64,000 nt of DNA from Octopus sinensis (GCF_006345805.1 NC_043010.1:63054001-63118000), one strand, 5' to 3'; positions 1 through 9,699 are shown, numbered from the stretch's first letter. Translations and numbers: made by a program. Notes: a model not told the origin generated them from the sequence alone.

Positions 1-93
1 GCAAAACAAAAGGGCCCTTGCTACACTTGGCCTCTGGAGGACGCCTGGTACTAAGGGGCAGCTGAAATAAAGTTATAATGAAAAGAAACCATA
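1..93 (+). mobile_element. Probable 3' end of a non-LTR element running into (AAT)n
   Basis: Unique sequence ends directly in an AAT tract, like the neighbouring elements; no ORF seen. Confidence 0.3.
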
Positions 94-174
<81 letters not shown>

Positions 175-177
175 TAA
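94..177. repeat. (AAT)n microsatellite
   Basis: Directly visible. Confidence 0.95.
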
Positions 178-733
178 ATGCCCTGATGCAGTACCAGGCA
201 GTGGCTCTCATGGCTTCTGATCTTAACTGATTGGAAGTGTTATCATGTACATTATTTTGTCTTGGTATAAAAGATGGGCTACAGCAAATATTCTGCCCAA
301 CACCACAGATTTTCTTGTCAGTTGTTTGACCGTAACCAGTTGAGCATGTCCCTTAGTGGCTGACGATATGTGCATCTCTGATCAGGAGCAGAAGTAGTGG
401 GGGAGCATCATAGCCATGTGTTGAGAGGGATTCTTTGGGGTTTGAATAATTCACCTCTGGAAACATGGGTGGTTCTTTCAACATCCTTAAACAACCCTTA
501 TTCAGGGACCGTTTGAGCGGGATGGGCTACTCAACCTGAAGAAAATTCTAACTGGGCCCCACCTGCAAGGTCATGTGCTGTTTATCTTGATATGAGATCA
601 CCATGTCGCGCACATATGGTTGTGATGCATGTGCCTGGTGTACCTTTATCAGACGGGTAGTCATGATGGGTATATTGGGCTTTGTATATTTTACCCCAGT
701 GTCACTTTGATGGCATGAACTGCTCTCTCACTC
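178..733 (+). mobile_element. 556-bp (AAT)n-flanked repeat, copy 1
   Basis: Near-identical to 755-1310 (about 9 differences by eye); ends CTCTCTCACTC+(AAT)n; diverged 3' copy at 54770-54915 on minus. Confidence 0.8.
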
Positions 734-754
734 AATAATAATAATAAATAATAA

Positions 755-1310
755 ATGCCCTGATGCAGTACCAGGCAGTGGCTCTCATGGCTTCTGATCT
801 TAACTGATTGGAAGTGTTATCATGTACATTGTTTTGTCTTGGTATAAAAGATGGGCTACAGCAAATATTCTGCCCAACACCACAGATTTTCTTGTCAGTT
901 GTTTGACCTTAACCAGTTGAGCATGTCCCTTAGTGGCTGACGATATGTGCATCTCTGATCAGGAGCAGAAGTAGTGGGGGAGCATCATAGCCATGTGTTG
1001 AGAGGGATTCTTTGGGGTTTGAATAATTCACCTCTGGAAACATGGGTGGTTCTTTCAACATCCTTAAACAACCCTTATTCAGGGACCTTTTGAGCGGGAT
1101 GGGCTACTCAATCTGAAAAAAATTCTAACTGGGCCCCACCTGCAAGGTCATGTGCTGTTTATCTTGATATGAGATCACCATGTCGCGCACATATGGTTGT
1201 GATGCATGTGCCTGGTGTACTCTTATCAGGCGGGTAGTCATGATGGGTATACTGGGCTTCGTATATTTTACCCCAGTGTCACTTTGATGGCATGAACTGC
1301 TCTCTCACTC
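755..1310 (+). mobile_element. 556-bp (AAT)n-flanked repeat, copy 2
   Basis: Same start (ATGCCCTGATGCAG) and end as copy 1, separated from it by an AAT spacer. Confidence 0.8.
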
Positions 1311-1336
1311 AATAATAATAATAATAATAATAATAT

Positions 1337-1600
1337 ATTTCTTTACTACCCACAAGGGGCTAAACATAGAGGGGACAAACAAGGACAGACAAAGGGATTA
1401 AGTCGATTACATCGACCCCAGTGCAAAACTGGTACTTTATTTATCGACCCCAGTGCAAAACTGGTACTTTATTTATCGACCCCGAAAGGATGAAAGGCAA
1501 AGTTCAACCTCGGCAGAATTTGAACTCAGAACGTAACAACAGACGAAATACCGCTAAGCATTTCGCCCAGTGCACTAACGTTTTTGCCAGCTCGCCGCCT
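1337..1600 (-). mobile_element. tRNA-derived SINE, family 1 (AGGCGGCGAGCTGG head), with internal 32-bp duplication
   Basis: A-box-like GAGCTGGCAAAAACG, B-box GAGTTCAAATTC, central GCCTTTCATCCTTTCGGGGTCGATAAA motif; homologous to 58941-59172. Confidence 0.85.
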
Positions 1601-1636
1601 GGTAAAAACTGTTAAGTTTTTTTAATAATAATAATG

Positions 1637-1671
<35 letters not shown>

Positions 1672-1672
<1 letters not shown>

Positions 1673-2108
1673 TCTGTCAAGACCTACCAAAAACTGAGCA
1701 AATATAAAGATCTTGAAATAGAAATCAGCAAAATGTGGAAGCTGAAGACTAAAACAATACCTGTTGTCATAGGTGTCCTGGGAATGATAGCGAAAGGGAC
1801 TGATTGCTACCTAACTCAGATACCAGGAAACCCCAAAATGGCAGAAATTCAAAAGATAGTGCTCATGGGAACTGCTCATATCCTACGCAAAATACTCTCT
1901 ATGTAATCCCAAGGTTTAAAACAAACTTTAAAAAATTTTTTTTTTTATGTATTAGACATTCACTAGTACAACCCCCCCCCCCCCAAAAAAAAATATATGG
2001 CACACTAGGCATAACAACAACGTGAACTTCCAACCTGTTGTCTCTTGAGGTCTCTGGGTGAGACTTGGAGCCAACTTGTACAGACATAAAGCAAAAGTCA
2101 AACATAGA
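1672..2108 (+). mobile_element. 5'-truncated R4/Dong-like non-LTR retrotransposon (RLE endonuclease C-terminus plus 3' UTR) inside (TAA)n
   Basis: Translates KLSKYKDLEIEISKMWKLKTKTIPVVIGVLG...IQKIVLMGTAHILRKILSM*, the typical C-terminus of R4-clade restriction-like endonucleases; AAT tracts on both sides. Confidence 0.85.
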
Positions 2109-2164
2109 ATAATAATAATAATAATAATAATGATGATGATGATGATTGTTTCAAATTTTAGCTC

Positions 2165-2365
2165 AGGGCCAGCAGTTTTTGAAGGGAGGGTGAAGTTGTT
2201 TACACTGAGCCCAGTCAGTGGTCAACTGGTACTTTTTTTATCTTCCCCCAAAAAAGATGAAGGATGAAGTAGATCTTGGAGGAATTTGAATTTAAAATGT
2301 AAAAAGGAATGAAATGCTGTTAAGCGTTTTGTTTGACGCGCTAAAGATTGTGCCAGTTTACTGCC
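2165..2365 (-). mobile_element. Decayed SINE family 1 copy
   Basis: Diverged match to GGAATTTGAACTC / ACTGGTACTT / GCCAGCTCGCCGCCT motifs. Confidence 0.6.
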
Positions 2366-2527
2366 TCAATAATGATATTGGTGGTGGTTGCTGTTGTTGC
2401 TATTTCTGATATAGGCAGAAGGCAAGCTATTTTGAAGGGAAGGGTTTAATCAATATTATTGACCCCAGTACTTGATTATTCCATTATTTTATCAGCCCTT
2501 TGAAAAAAAAAAAAATGAAAGGCATAG

Positions 2528-2810
2528 CTCATCATCATCATCACCATTGTCTAACATCTGTTTTCCATGCTGGCATGGGTTGGACGGTTCAACTGGGAAC
2601 TGGCAAGTCAGCGGGGGCTACACCGGGCTTCCAATCTGATCTGGCAACGTTTCTACAGCTGGATGCCCTTCCTAATGCCAACCACTCCGAGAGTGTAGTG
2701 GGTGCTTTTTACATGCCACCAACACAGGAGCCAGTCAGGTGGGCCTGGCATTGATCCCATTCGGATGGTGCTTTTTACATGCCACTGGTACGGGAGCCAG
2801 TCAGGAGGTA
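2528..2810 (-). mobile_element. RTE LINE 3'-UTR fragment with (GAT)n tail
   Basis: Shares CCAACCCATGCCAGCATGGAAAAC...(GAT)n end with the RTE at 30059-31641. Confidence 0.8.
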
Positions 2811-2968
2811 AATATTAACAAAAGTAATAATAATGCAAATGAGCTTATTGTATACTGGTCTTAGCTGTTCTAAAACTTATCAAAAAGGGTAAAAGAGGGA
2901 ACAGAATGCAGATGTTTAAGTGAAGTAAAGAAAGCCAAAAGTACAGAAAAGGGAAAAGTAAAAGAGCC

Positions 2969-3575
2969 TGAACCCTTTTCTTACCATATTTCTGTTGAGA
3001 TGTTCCATGTTTCTTTCAATTACTTTAAATATAACAAAGAATTTAGTAAAATAATTTGGTTATCATTCAGCTAGTGTTAGGAACATAAATTGTGACTAGA
3101 GTTTGGTGGAAGATTTTACTTCAAAACTTATGCAAACAAGACGTTTGTACTACAGAGCCAGAGCTGGTTTCAGCCAGGTTGGTATCAAAAGGGTTAAGAA
3201 TTGTTTCTCTGTTATATATTTTAACCCTTTCGTTACCATTTTTCCTGTTGAGATGCTCTGTGTTTCTTTCAATTAATTTTAAATATGACAAAGAATTTAG
3301 TAAAATAACTTAGTTATCATTCAGCTAGTGTTAGGAACATAAATTGTGACTAAGGTTTGGTGGAAGATTTTAATTCAGAACTTATGAAAACAAGACATTT
3401 GTACTCAGAGCCAGAGCTGGTTTCAGCCAGGTTGGTAACAAAAGGGTTAAGAATTGTTTCCCTATTATATATTTTAACCCTTTTGTTACTGTATTTAATT
3501 AAAAACTTATGCAAACAAGACATTTGTACTCAGAGCCAGAACCGGTTTCAGCCGGGTTAGTATCAGAAGAGTTAA
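2969..3575. mobile_element. Three tandem piggyBac-like MITE copies (2969-3197, 3221-3450, internally deleted 3474-3575)
   Basis: TTAA-CCCTTT...AAAGGG-TTAA termini; the same ~24-bp spacer GAATTGTTTC(T/C)CT(G/A)TTATATATT lies between copies. Confidence 0.75.
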
Positions 3576-3579
3576 AGAG

Positions 3580-3880
3580 GATGTGATGCATAGGTATGTC
3601 AGGGGATGTGTTGGGTATTTCAGGAAGCATAGAATTTTTGAGGGATGCTGTGTCCTGACTGTTAACAACTGATGCAGGTAGTTTATTCCATGCTTTGGCA
3701 ATTGTGAGTGTGGGAAAATGTTTCTGAAAGTCATGGGTGCTGATCTGTTTTTTTTTTATATATTTTCTGTGATGCTGCATGGAAGAAAATACACAAGGTT
3801 GTTGGACTGGATTGGGTTAAACTATGAGCTATGACATCACGGAACTTTCCTAAGGTTCTATAAAGAAGAAAGGAACGGGG
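3580..3880 (-). mobile_element. CR1-clade LINE 3' remnant
   Basis: STHDFQKHFPTLTIAKAWNKLPASVVNSQDTASLK matches the CR1 C-terminal R-V-x-x-x-W-N-x-L-P-x-x-V-V pattern. Confidence 0.65.
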
Positions 3881-3903
3881 GAAAGGTGAAAAGTCATTGA
3901 ATG

Positions 3904-4307
3904 CTCTTTTACTTGTTTTAGTCATTTGACTGTGGCCATGCTGGAGCACCGCCTTTAGTCAAGCAAATCGCCCCCGGACTTATTCTTTGGAAGTCTAGTA
4001 CTTATTCTATCGGTCTCTTTTGCCAAACCGCTATGTTATGGGAACATAAACACACCAGCATCGGTTGTCAAGCGATGTTGGTGGTGGGGGGGACAAACAC
4101 AGACACACACAAACATATACACACACATACATATCTATATACATATATACGACGGGTTTCTTTCAGTTTCCGTCTACCAAATCCACTCACAAGGCTTTGG
4201 TTGGCCCAAGGCTATAGTAGAAGACACTTGCCCAAGGTGTCACGCAGTGGGACTAAACCCGGAACCATGTGGTTGGTAAGCAAGCTATTTACCACACAGC
4301 CACTCCT
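3904..4307 (-). mobile_element. tRNA-derived SINE family 2 (CORE-like), full length
   Basis: A box TGGCTGTGTGG, B box GGGTTTAGTCCC, CORE-like CACCTTGGGCAAGTG, internal microsatellite, GTAAAAGAG tail. Confidence 0.9.
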
Positions 4308-4646
4308 GAATATAAAATAGGCAACAGATGGTGTCTTAGAAAATGGGTTTAATTTGTTGAGACTCTGTGTGTGTGTGTTTACATATTCTCTGAGTTTCGT
4401 GAGCCACAAGTAGTGATGTTGACTTTTGTCATGTCAAAAAAGTCATCCACCGCTTCTCACCTTTGAAGACGTGTGAAACAAGAGATTCCTTGCTTGGAAC
4501 ACAAGTAAAGGTTAATGGCAGGGAGAGTATATGGTATTGAAGCAATGTGCATCAATAATAACCCATGCTAGCATGGCAAAACAGACATAAAAACAAATGA
4601 ATGAACATATGTTTATGGGTCTGAAATTAAACATTAAGGAGGTCAG

Positions 4647-4858
4647 TCATACAATAAAGAATTCAATATGCTGGGGTATGCTGTAAAGTAGTTTGATCTT
4701 TGAAGATTGCCTGATAAATGGCACCAGTGTTTCAAAAATTGCAATTTCCCCTCCTGGAAGAGAATTGTAGAATTCAAACATTGGTTCTGTTTGTTGGACA
4801 TTTACCAAAATTGAAGAAGTAACACTGTAATTTAAGTTATTTTCTGCTGTCCACAAGG
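4647..4858 (-). pseudogene. Candidate decayed cadherin-like exon
   Basis: After TACAG acceptor: ITLWTAENNLNYSVTSSILVNVQQTEPMFEFYNSLPGGEIAIFETL, resembling a cadherin repeat boundary (VxVxDxNxxPxF..IxE). Motif match is loose. Confidence 0.35.
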
Positions 4859-5017
4859 TAATCTGTATACTCAGAAATAAGGTGGGGGCTAAGGGTCCCC
4901 CCCACTTGGACCTACATTCACAGAGTTGTACATGACTAATGCAGAAGAAAAAAGTTGTTTGCAAATATAACCACACAGTTTCACCAGATATCTTAATGAC
5001 TGATTTATTCATCACTG

Positions 5018-5217
5018 TTGTGGCTGTGTGGTAAGAAGCTTGCTTCTTGACCACATAGTTCTGGGTTCAGTCCCACTGTGTGACACCTTGAGAGAGTGTC
5101 TTCTACTATAGTCTCAGGCCAACCAAAGCCTTGTGGGTGGATTTGGTAGATGGAAACTGAAAGAAGCCCGGAACCATGTGGTTGGAAAGCAAGCTTCTTA
5201 CCACAGAGCCACTCCTT
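5018..5217 (+). mobile_element. SINE family 2 5' half followed by an inverted copy of its head
   Basis: Plus head 5018-5169 joined at CCCG microhomology to a minus-oriented head 5168-5217. Confidence 0.75.
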
Positions 5218-5417
5218 GTGACCGTGTGTGTACCGTTGGCGATTTTTTTCCCTCTGTCTTCTCTTCGCTGGATCTTTCCTTCTATGTTTCTGATGAAGAG
5301 CTCCACTCGAAACGTTAAACTCTCCTTCTTTCCTTCTTTCCTGAGCGTCCAATAATACTATATTTGTTCCACGTCCTCGCGTTGTTGTGTTTTTTGTGCT
5401 TTCTTGTTTGGATTAAC

Positions 5418-5420
<3 letters not shown>
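5217..5420 (+). mobile_element. ~200-bp Penelope-pLTR-like element, family B, ending in (TA)n
   Basis: Homologous to 31660-31870, 58200-58395 (minus) and 38615-38695; carries a hammerhead motif. Confidence 0.7.
5286..5320 (+). ncRNA. Minimal type I hammerhead ribozyme motif
   Basis: GTTT-CTGATGA-A-GAG(CTCCA)CTC-GAAA-CG-TT-AAAC: stem I 4 bp, core, stem II 3 bp, palindromic ACGT stem III as in Penelope-type minimal hammerheads. Confidence 0.7.
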
Positions 5421-5451
<31 letters not shown>

Positions 5452-6189
5452 GATAGTAAGTGTTCCCATAGATACAAAATATTTGTAGTCAAATCCCTTC
5501 TTGCAAAGTTTTACATTTTCATCCCCTGAAGGAGCTTTAAATAAGGAAATCTTACACTTAAAACAAACATAAGTTAATAATGATTACCCTCATAAAGTAA
5601 CAGACGAAGCTATAGAACAATCCAAGAGCAAATATGCCCATAGTGATATATACAGATACAAACCCAACTAAAAAGACATAAACCACACAAATTGTATATT
5701 ATAAGAATCAAATGCAATTTGGTAATAAAATGAATAAATCATTAAAAGACTGAACAGAACCTGTACCAAACCTAACTACAAGTGCATAGCTAGAAAATAT
5801 TACAATAACTAAAAATCTCTTCATCAATATGAAACCACAAACCAGCAATCCACAGGGTGTACTGCAGACAGTCAACGTAATATAGAAGTTTCAATGTAAA
5901 CACAAAAGTTGTAAACTTCATGACTCAGACTGTTACACTGATTACGCAAGTACAGCACTTTCTCACACATTTCCATCAAGGAATTCATAACCCTGTACAT
6001 AAAATGAATTACGATAGAAAAACAGTAGTTGACTGTAAGGACTAAAGGTTTATATTAAATAACAAAGTAAGCTTTATTTGTGGTGAAATGCAAACCATAA
6101 AGCCTCACCTAGCTATGTCACATGTAAAATAAACCTTGACATCTACAAGGACTAAATGACGGAACAATTTTGAAATCTGGCATTGATGA

Positions 6190-6410
6190 TTTTATTCATT
6201 ATCGTTTAATGTCCGCTTTCCATGCTAGCATGGGTTGGACGGTTCAACTGTGGTCTGGGAAGCCCGAAGGCTGCACCAGGCCAGTCTGATCTGGCAGTGT
6301 TTCTACGGCTGGATGCCCTTCCTAACGCCAACCACTCCGTGAGTGTAGTGGGTGCTTTTTATGTGCCACCCACACAGGTGCCAGACGAGGCTGGCGAACG
6401 GCCACACTCG
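6190..6410 (-). mobile_element. RTE 3'-UTR fragment
   Basis: Same tail as 30059-30260. Confidence 0.8.
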
Positions 6411-6616
6411 ACAATATTCCCATGATGCATTGCAACCTACATTTTGTCTATCATGTTTCTTTATGTCACTGAATATAAAGTCTGTCTGTGTGTCTATCAT
6501 TCTAATACATCTACAAAGATAAATAAATCAATCATTGTTTTTTTTTCATTTTCCTGTCTTAAAATTAAAAATTTTTCTAAATTCATTTTTCTTTTTCTTT
6601 TTAATGTATTTTTCAG

Positions 6617-6726
6617 GTAATTACTGTCCTGTCGGCAATCAATTAACTACGGTAGCAGCAACAACAGTAACATTACCAACAGCAACAACAACAACAACAA
6701 CAACAGGAAGTGGTTCAAGCATGTAA
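6617..6726 (+). other. Strong 3' splice site (AG 6615-6616) followed by either a short terminal coding exon (GNYCPVGNQLTTVAATT...GSGSSM*), 5' UTR of the ZNF, or a recursive splice point
   Basis: Long polypyrimidine tract then TTTCAG|GTAATT. Confidence 0.45.
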
Positions 6727-6876
6727 TCAAGGAATTGTTTGGTTTGTTGACCAGAATCTCTCCAGTGTTATTTTGACTTTAAAGAACACAACTCAGACAT
6801 TTTAACGGGACGTAGCTCCATCACATGTTGGTTTTTTCGCCAGCGTCTCAGCTTTGAGTTTGGCCGTACCCCTGAG

Positions 6877-7755
6877 ATGAGTTCCACTTTCTCCCTCTCC
6901 GATGGGATGGTCTTTTCTCCGACCACACCGTCAGATAAATCCGATATCGAATTAGCAATGTCGTCAGTGGAGGAGGTCAGCTTCCATCAACAGCAACAGC
7001 CGAGTCAGGTGAAGGACGAGCTGACCACCGGCCACAACCACAACAACCACCCTCACCATCATCCTACCAACAACACCTGTTGCAATAACAATAATAACAA
7101 TAATAATAACAATAACAACAACAACAACAACAACAGCCATCAGCATCCTCCGTGCTGTAACCAGGGCAACAGGTCGTCATACAGCCTCTGCCATCAACAG
7201 CAGAGCAGTTGTTGCTGTAGCTTGGACTGTCAGAGCTGTAGCCAGACCAATTGCAGCCAGTGTTGCATGGCTCAGAGGAGCCACCAGCATTATGTGGTGC
7301 AGCCGGAAAAGTTGCACACATGTGACGTGTGCGGTAAGGGCCTCTCCCGGCGTGACCACCTCAAACTACACAAGAGAATCCACTCCGGAGAACGTCCGTA
7401 CAAGTGTGACGTGTGCAGCTACACATTCTATCGCAAGGACCACCTGCTCCGACACCAGCGCCGCAACAACTGTCGCCGGAAGACGGAAATCGGTGTGACA
7501 TCGCTTCCATCCCCCGGTGGGCAACGAGAAATGGCACACAGTGCCGGCAGTAGCATCGGTCACTCAGGTCGGGTACCGGAGGGCAGCCAGGTGTGGCAGG
7601 GACACCAGAAGCCACTACCACCACAACCACTAAAGATGGAGAGGTCACCTGACAATTCCCTGCGCTACAACCATAATACTGATGAGTGCAACCAGATGCA
7701 GCAGTCGCAACATTCGATGCACAAACTCGTTATTCCTCATTATACAAACAGTTAA
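6877..7755 (+). CDS. C2H2 zinc-finger protein (292 aa; 2 fingers; poly-N/Q/H and Cys-rich N-terminus); may be the last exon of a longer gene
   Basis: [51 protein letters not shown] with canonical linker; GC-rich coding-like composition; an in-frame acceptor exists at 6843. Confidence 0.9.
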   Translation: MSSTFSLSDGMVFSPTTPSDKSDIELAMSSVEEVSFHQQQQPSQVKDELTTGHNHNNHPHHHPTNNTCCNNNNNNNNNNNNNNNNNSHQHPPCCNQGNRSSYSLCHQQQSSCCCSLDCQSCSQTNCSQCCMAQRSHQHYVVQPEKLHTCDVCGKGLSRRDHLKLHKRIHSGERPYKCDVCSYTFYRKDHLLRHQRRNNCRRKTEIGVTSLPSPGGQREMAHSAGSSIGHSGRVPEGSQVWQGHQKPLPPQPLKMERSPDNSLRYNHNTDECNQMQQSQHSMHKLVIPHYTNS

Positions 7756-7904
7756 TTTCATAACAGACATATACATGTATGCACATACTATATATACATA
7801 TACACACAATATATAAATGGTATATATACATGGATGGATATATATATATATATTATATATATATATATATTATATATATATATATATATATAATATATGT
7901 AAAA

Positions 7905-8068
7905 AAATACAAACTGGGACAAGAACGCAAAACATTTAGAAGACGATACAAAAAACACAGACGGGACATTCGAAACCTTCAATCTTCAGTCAAGAACCGG
8001 ATCATCCTCGCAATTTCGGCTGATTAATCTTGAGATTGCTCCGATCTGGCCAGCCCCAAAGGAAAATC
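7905..8068 (-). mobile_element. TA-embedded short repeat, family D (possible Penelope terminal repeat)
   Basis: Homologous to 38903-39075; degenerate CTGAAGA/CTGAGGA...GAAT core on minus. Confidence 0.5.
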
Positions 8069-8109
8069 TATGTGTGTGTGTCATTGTTTTATACAGACAA
8101 TAAAATTTA

Positions 8110-8141
<32 letters not shown>

Positions 8142-8225
8142 GTAGGTCCCAGGTTGAGTCGGGGTTAACCACAGTAAATAAGGTACTCAATACATAGCAG
8201 AGTAAATTAATTTATTTTATAGAAG

Positions 8226-8278
8226 GAGCTTCTACAGGACTAGAACTGTTTCATTCAAAAGAAATCATCAGGAAGCTC
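8226..8278 (-). ncRNA. Complete type I hammerhead ribozyme
   Basis: GAGCTTC-CTGATGA-T.TTC(TTTT)GAA.T-GAA-ACAG(TTCTAGTC)CTGT-A-GAAGCTC: 7-bp stem I, canonical core, 3-bp stem II closed by U.U, 4-bp stem III, GUA cleavage triplet. Confidence 0.75.
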
Positions 8279-8283
8279 TTGAT

Positions 8284-8336
8284 GAGCTTCCTGATGATTT
8301 CTTTTGAATGAAACATTTCTAGTCCTGTAGAAGCTC
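8284..8336 (+). ncRNA. Complete type I hammerhead ribozyme (inverted partner)
   Basis: Same as above with one change in stem III (3 bp left); predicted cut after A8329. Confidence 0.7.
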
Positions 8337-8348
8337 CTTCTATAAAAT

Positions 8349-8394
<46 letters not shown>

Positions 8395-8460
8395 CATACA
8401 CATTAAATTTTATTGTCTGTATAAAACAATGACAAACACACACACACACACATACATGTA

Positions 8461-8648
8461 TATTAGGAAAAGGGAGGCAGTCAGAATTTTGGATAATTCT
8501 TTATTAGCACTTTTATTTGTTTAATCGTATTCTCCAAGAAAAATTTAACCAAATTAATAAAACAATTTTTCTTGAAGAATACGGTGAAATGAATGAAAGT
8601 AATAATAAAGAATTATCCAAAATTCTGACTGCCTCCTTCTTCTTAATA
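8461..8648. mobile_element. Fold-back MITE (~190 bp)
   Basis: ~45-bp terminal inverted repeats containing GGAGGCAGTCAGAATTTTGGATAATTCTTTATTA, plus inner complementary segments. Confidence 0.8.
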
Positions 8649-8994
8649 AACAATATCTGTACACCACTTCAAACAACCTTTACATATATATATGTATATA
8701 TATATATACACGTTCATATACACAGTGTCATACAGGCATACAGACACATATAATCACCTGCCAAACACACACACACATACACTCACACAGAGTTATGTAA
8801 CCATGCACAGGTGTCTATAATCACCACACAGACTGTCATATAACCATACCACACACTCACACAGATGTACTGTCATGCTCTCACAAACACACACATATGT
8901 ATAAACACTTACACACATATACACATAAACCCATACACAAACTTGTTACCAGTTCAAATATGCTTGCGGCACATTTGAACTCCTGAGAAATTAC

Positions 8995-9245
8995 ATTATT
9001 TACGTTATTTACATTTAATGGATGTTTGTCCTCATCTTGTTTGTTGTTAACACAACGTTTCGGCTGATATACCCTCCAGCCTTCATCAGGTGTCTTGGGA
9101 AAATTTCGAACCAGGGTTCTCGTTCCTAAGGTATTTTATCGATGTTATTATTATTATTATTAATGTCACTGCCTGGAATTGAACTCGGAATCTTGGGGTT
9201 AGTAGCCCGTGCTCTTAACCACTACGCCATATACCCTTGGGCATA
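8995..9245 (-). mobile_element. tRNA-headed short element carrying a hammerhead ribozyme (SINE/retrozyme-like)
   Basis: A box TGGCGTAGTGG (9229-9219), B box GAGTTCAATTCC (9186-9175), (AAT)n linker, hammerhead 9094-9049, TGTAAATAA-type tail. Confidence 0.7.
9049..9094 (-). ncRNA. Minimal type I hammerhead ribozyme
   Basis: GACAC-CTGATGA-A-GGCTG(GAGGGTATAT)CAGCC-GAAA-CG-TT-GTGTT; 5-bp stems I and II, ACGT palindromic stem III. Confidence 0.75.
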
Positions 9246-9385
9246 TTTCCCCAAGACACCTGATGAAGGCTGGAGGGTATATCAGCCGAAATGTTGTGGT
9301 AACAACAACCAAGATGAGGACAAATTTCCATCAAATGTAAATAATGTAAATAATGTGAATAATTCCTCATCTCTTAAATACAGAA
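9246..9385 (+). mobile_element. Inverted copy of the hammerhead-plus-tail half of the 8995-9245 element
   Basis: CCCAAGACACCTGATGAAGGCTGG...GATGAGGACAAA; hammerhead 9255-9300 slightly mutated (GAAATGTT). Confidence 0.8.
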
Positions 9386-9429
9386 CTGTATTCCTAAGAA
9401 AATCATTTGATGTATTTTGTTAAGGAGAA

Positions 9430-9609
9430 ATCTTCTTGCTGTAGACAAATAAGTGTAAATACACTGCGTCAGCTGACCAGACTGTTGGATGCGAGCTTTT
9501 CAGAGTGATTATTTCCTCTTCAGCAGCAGAGACCAGTAAGTCAGATGCTGTGAACTGACACAAGAGACAATCATTCAATGATTGGTTGTGCTATTCGGGA
9601 GATCACTGT
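9430..9609 (-). pseudogene. Candidate decayed cadherin-like exon
   Basis: After TTTTTTAATCACAG acceptor: DLPNSTTNH*MIVSCVSSQHLTYWSL...RIQQSGQLT, resembling ExLPxGT..V.A.D..LTY.L..F.I...SG.IT, with stops. Confidence 0.3.
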
Positions 9610-9699
9610 GATTAAAAAAGTGAATGACAGCGCTTAGCAGTGGTGTGTATAAATACAAATTTTTTACCAGTTCAAATGTGCTTGAGGTGTATATACATA

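Larger units (their letters stand above)
8070..8450. repeat. Nested inverted repeat: inner 68-bp arms (8211-8278 / 8284-8351) plus outer ~40-bp arms (8078-8115 / 8397-8434)
   Basis: Inner arms are 67/68 complementary with a 5-nt loop TTGAT; outer TGTCATTGTTTTATACAGACAATAAAATTTAATGTG also recurs inverted. Confidence 0.95.

Noticed and set aside
5460-6170. Decayed Penelope ORF next to the family B element
   Set aside because: Only faint hints (NDYPHKV, CKHKSCKL); no convincing GIY-YIG alignment by eye.
9164-9243. Functional tRNA-Ser(ACT) gene
   Set aside because: No proper acceptor stem, only a 3-bp anticodon stem, and it is fused to element sequence; treated as a SINE head.
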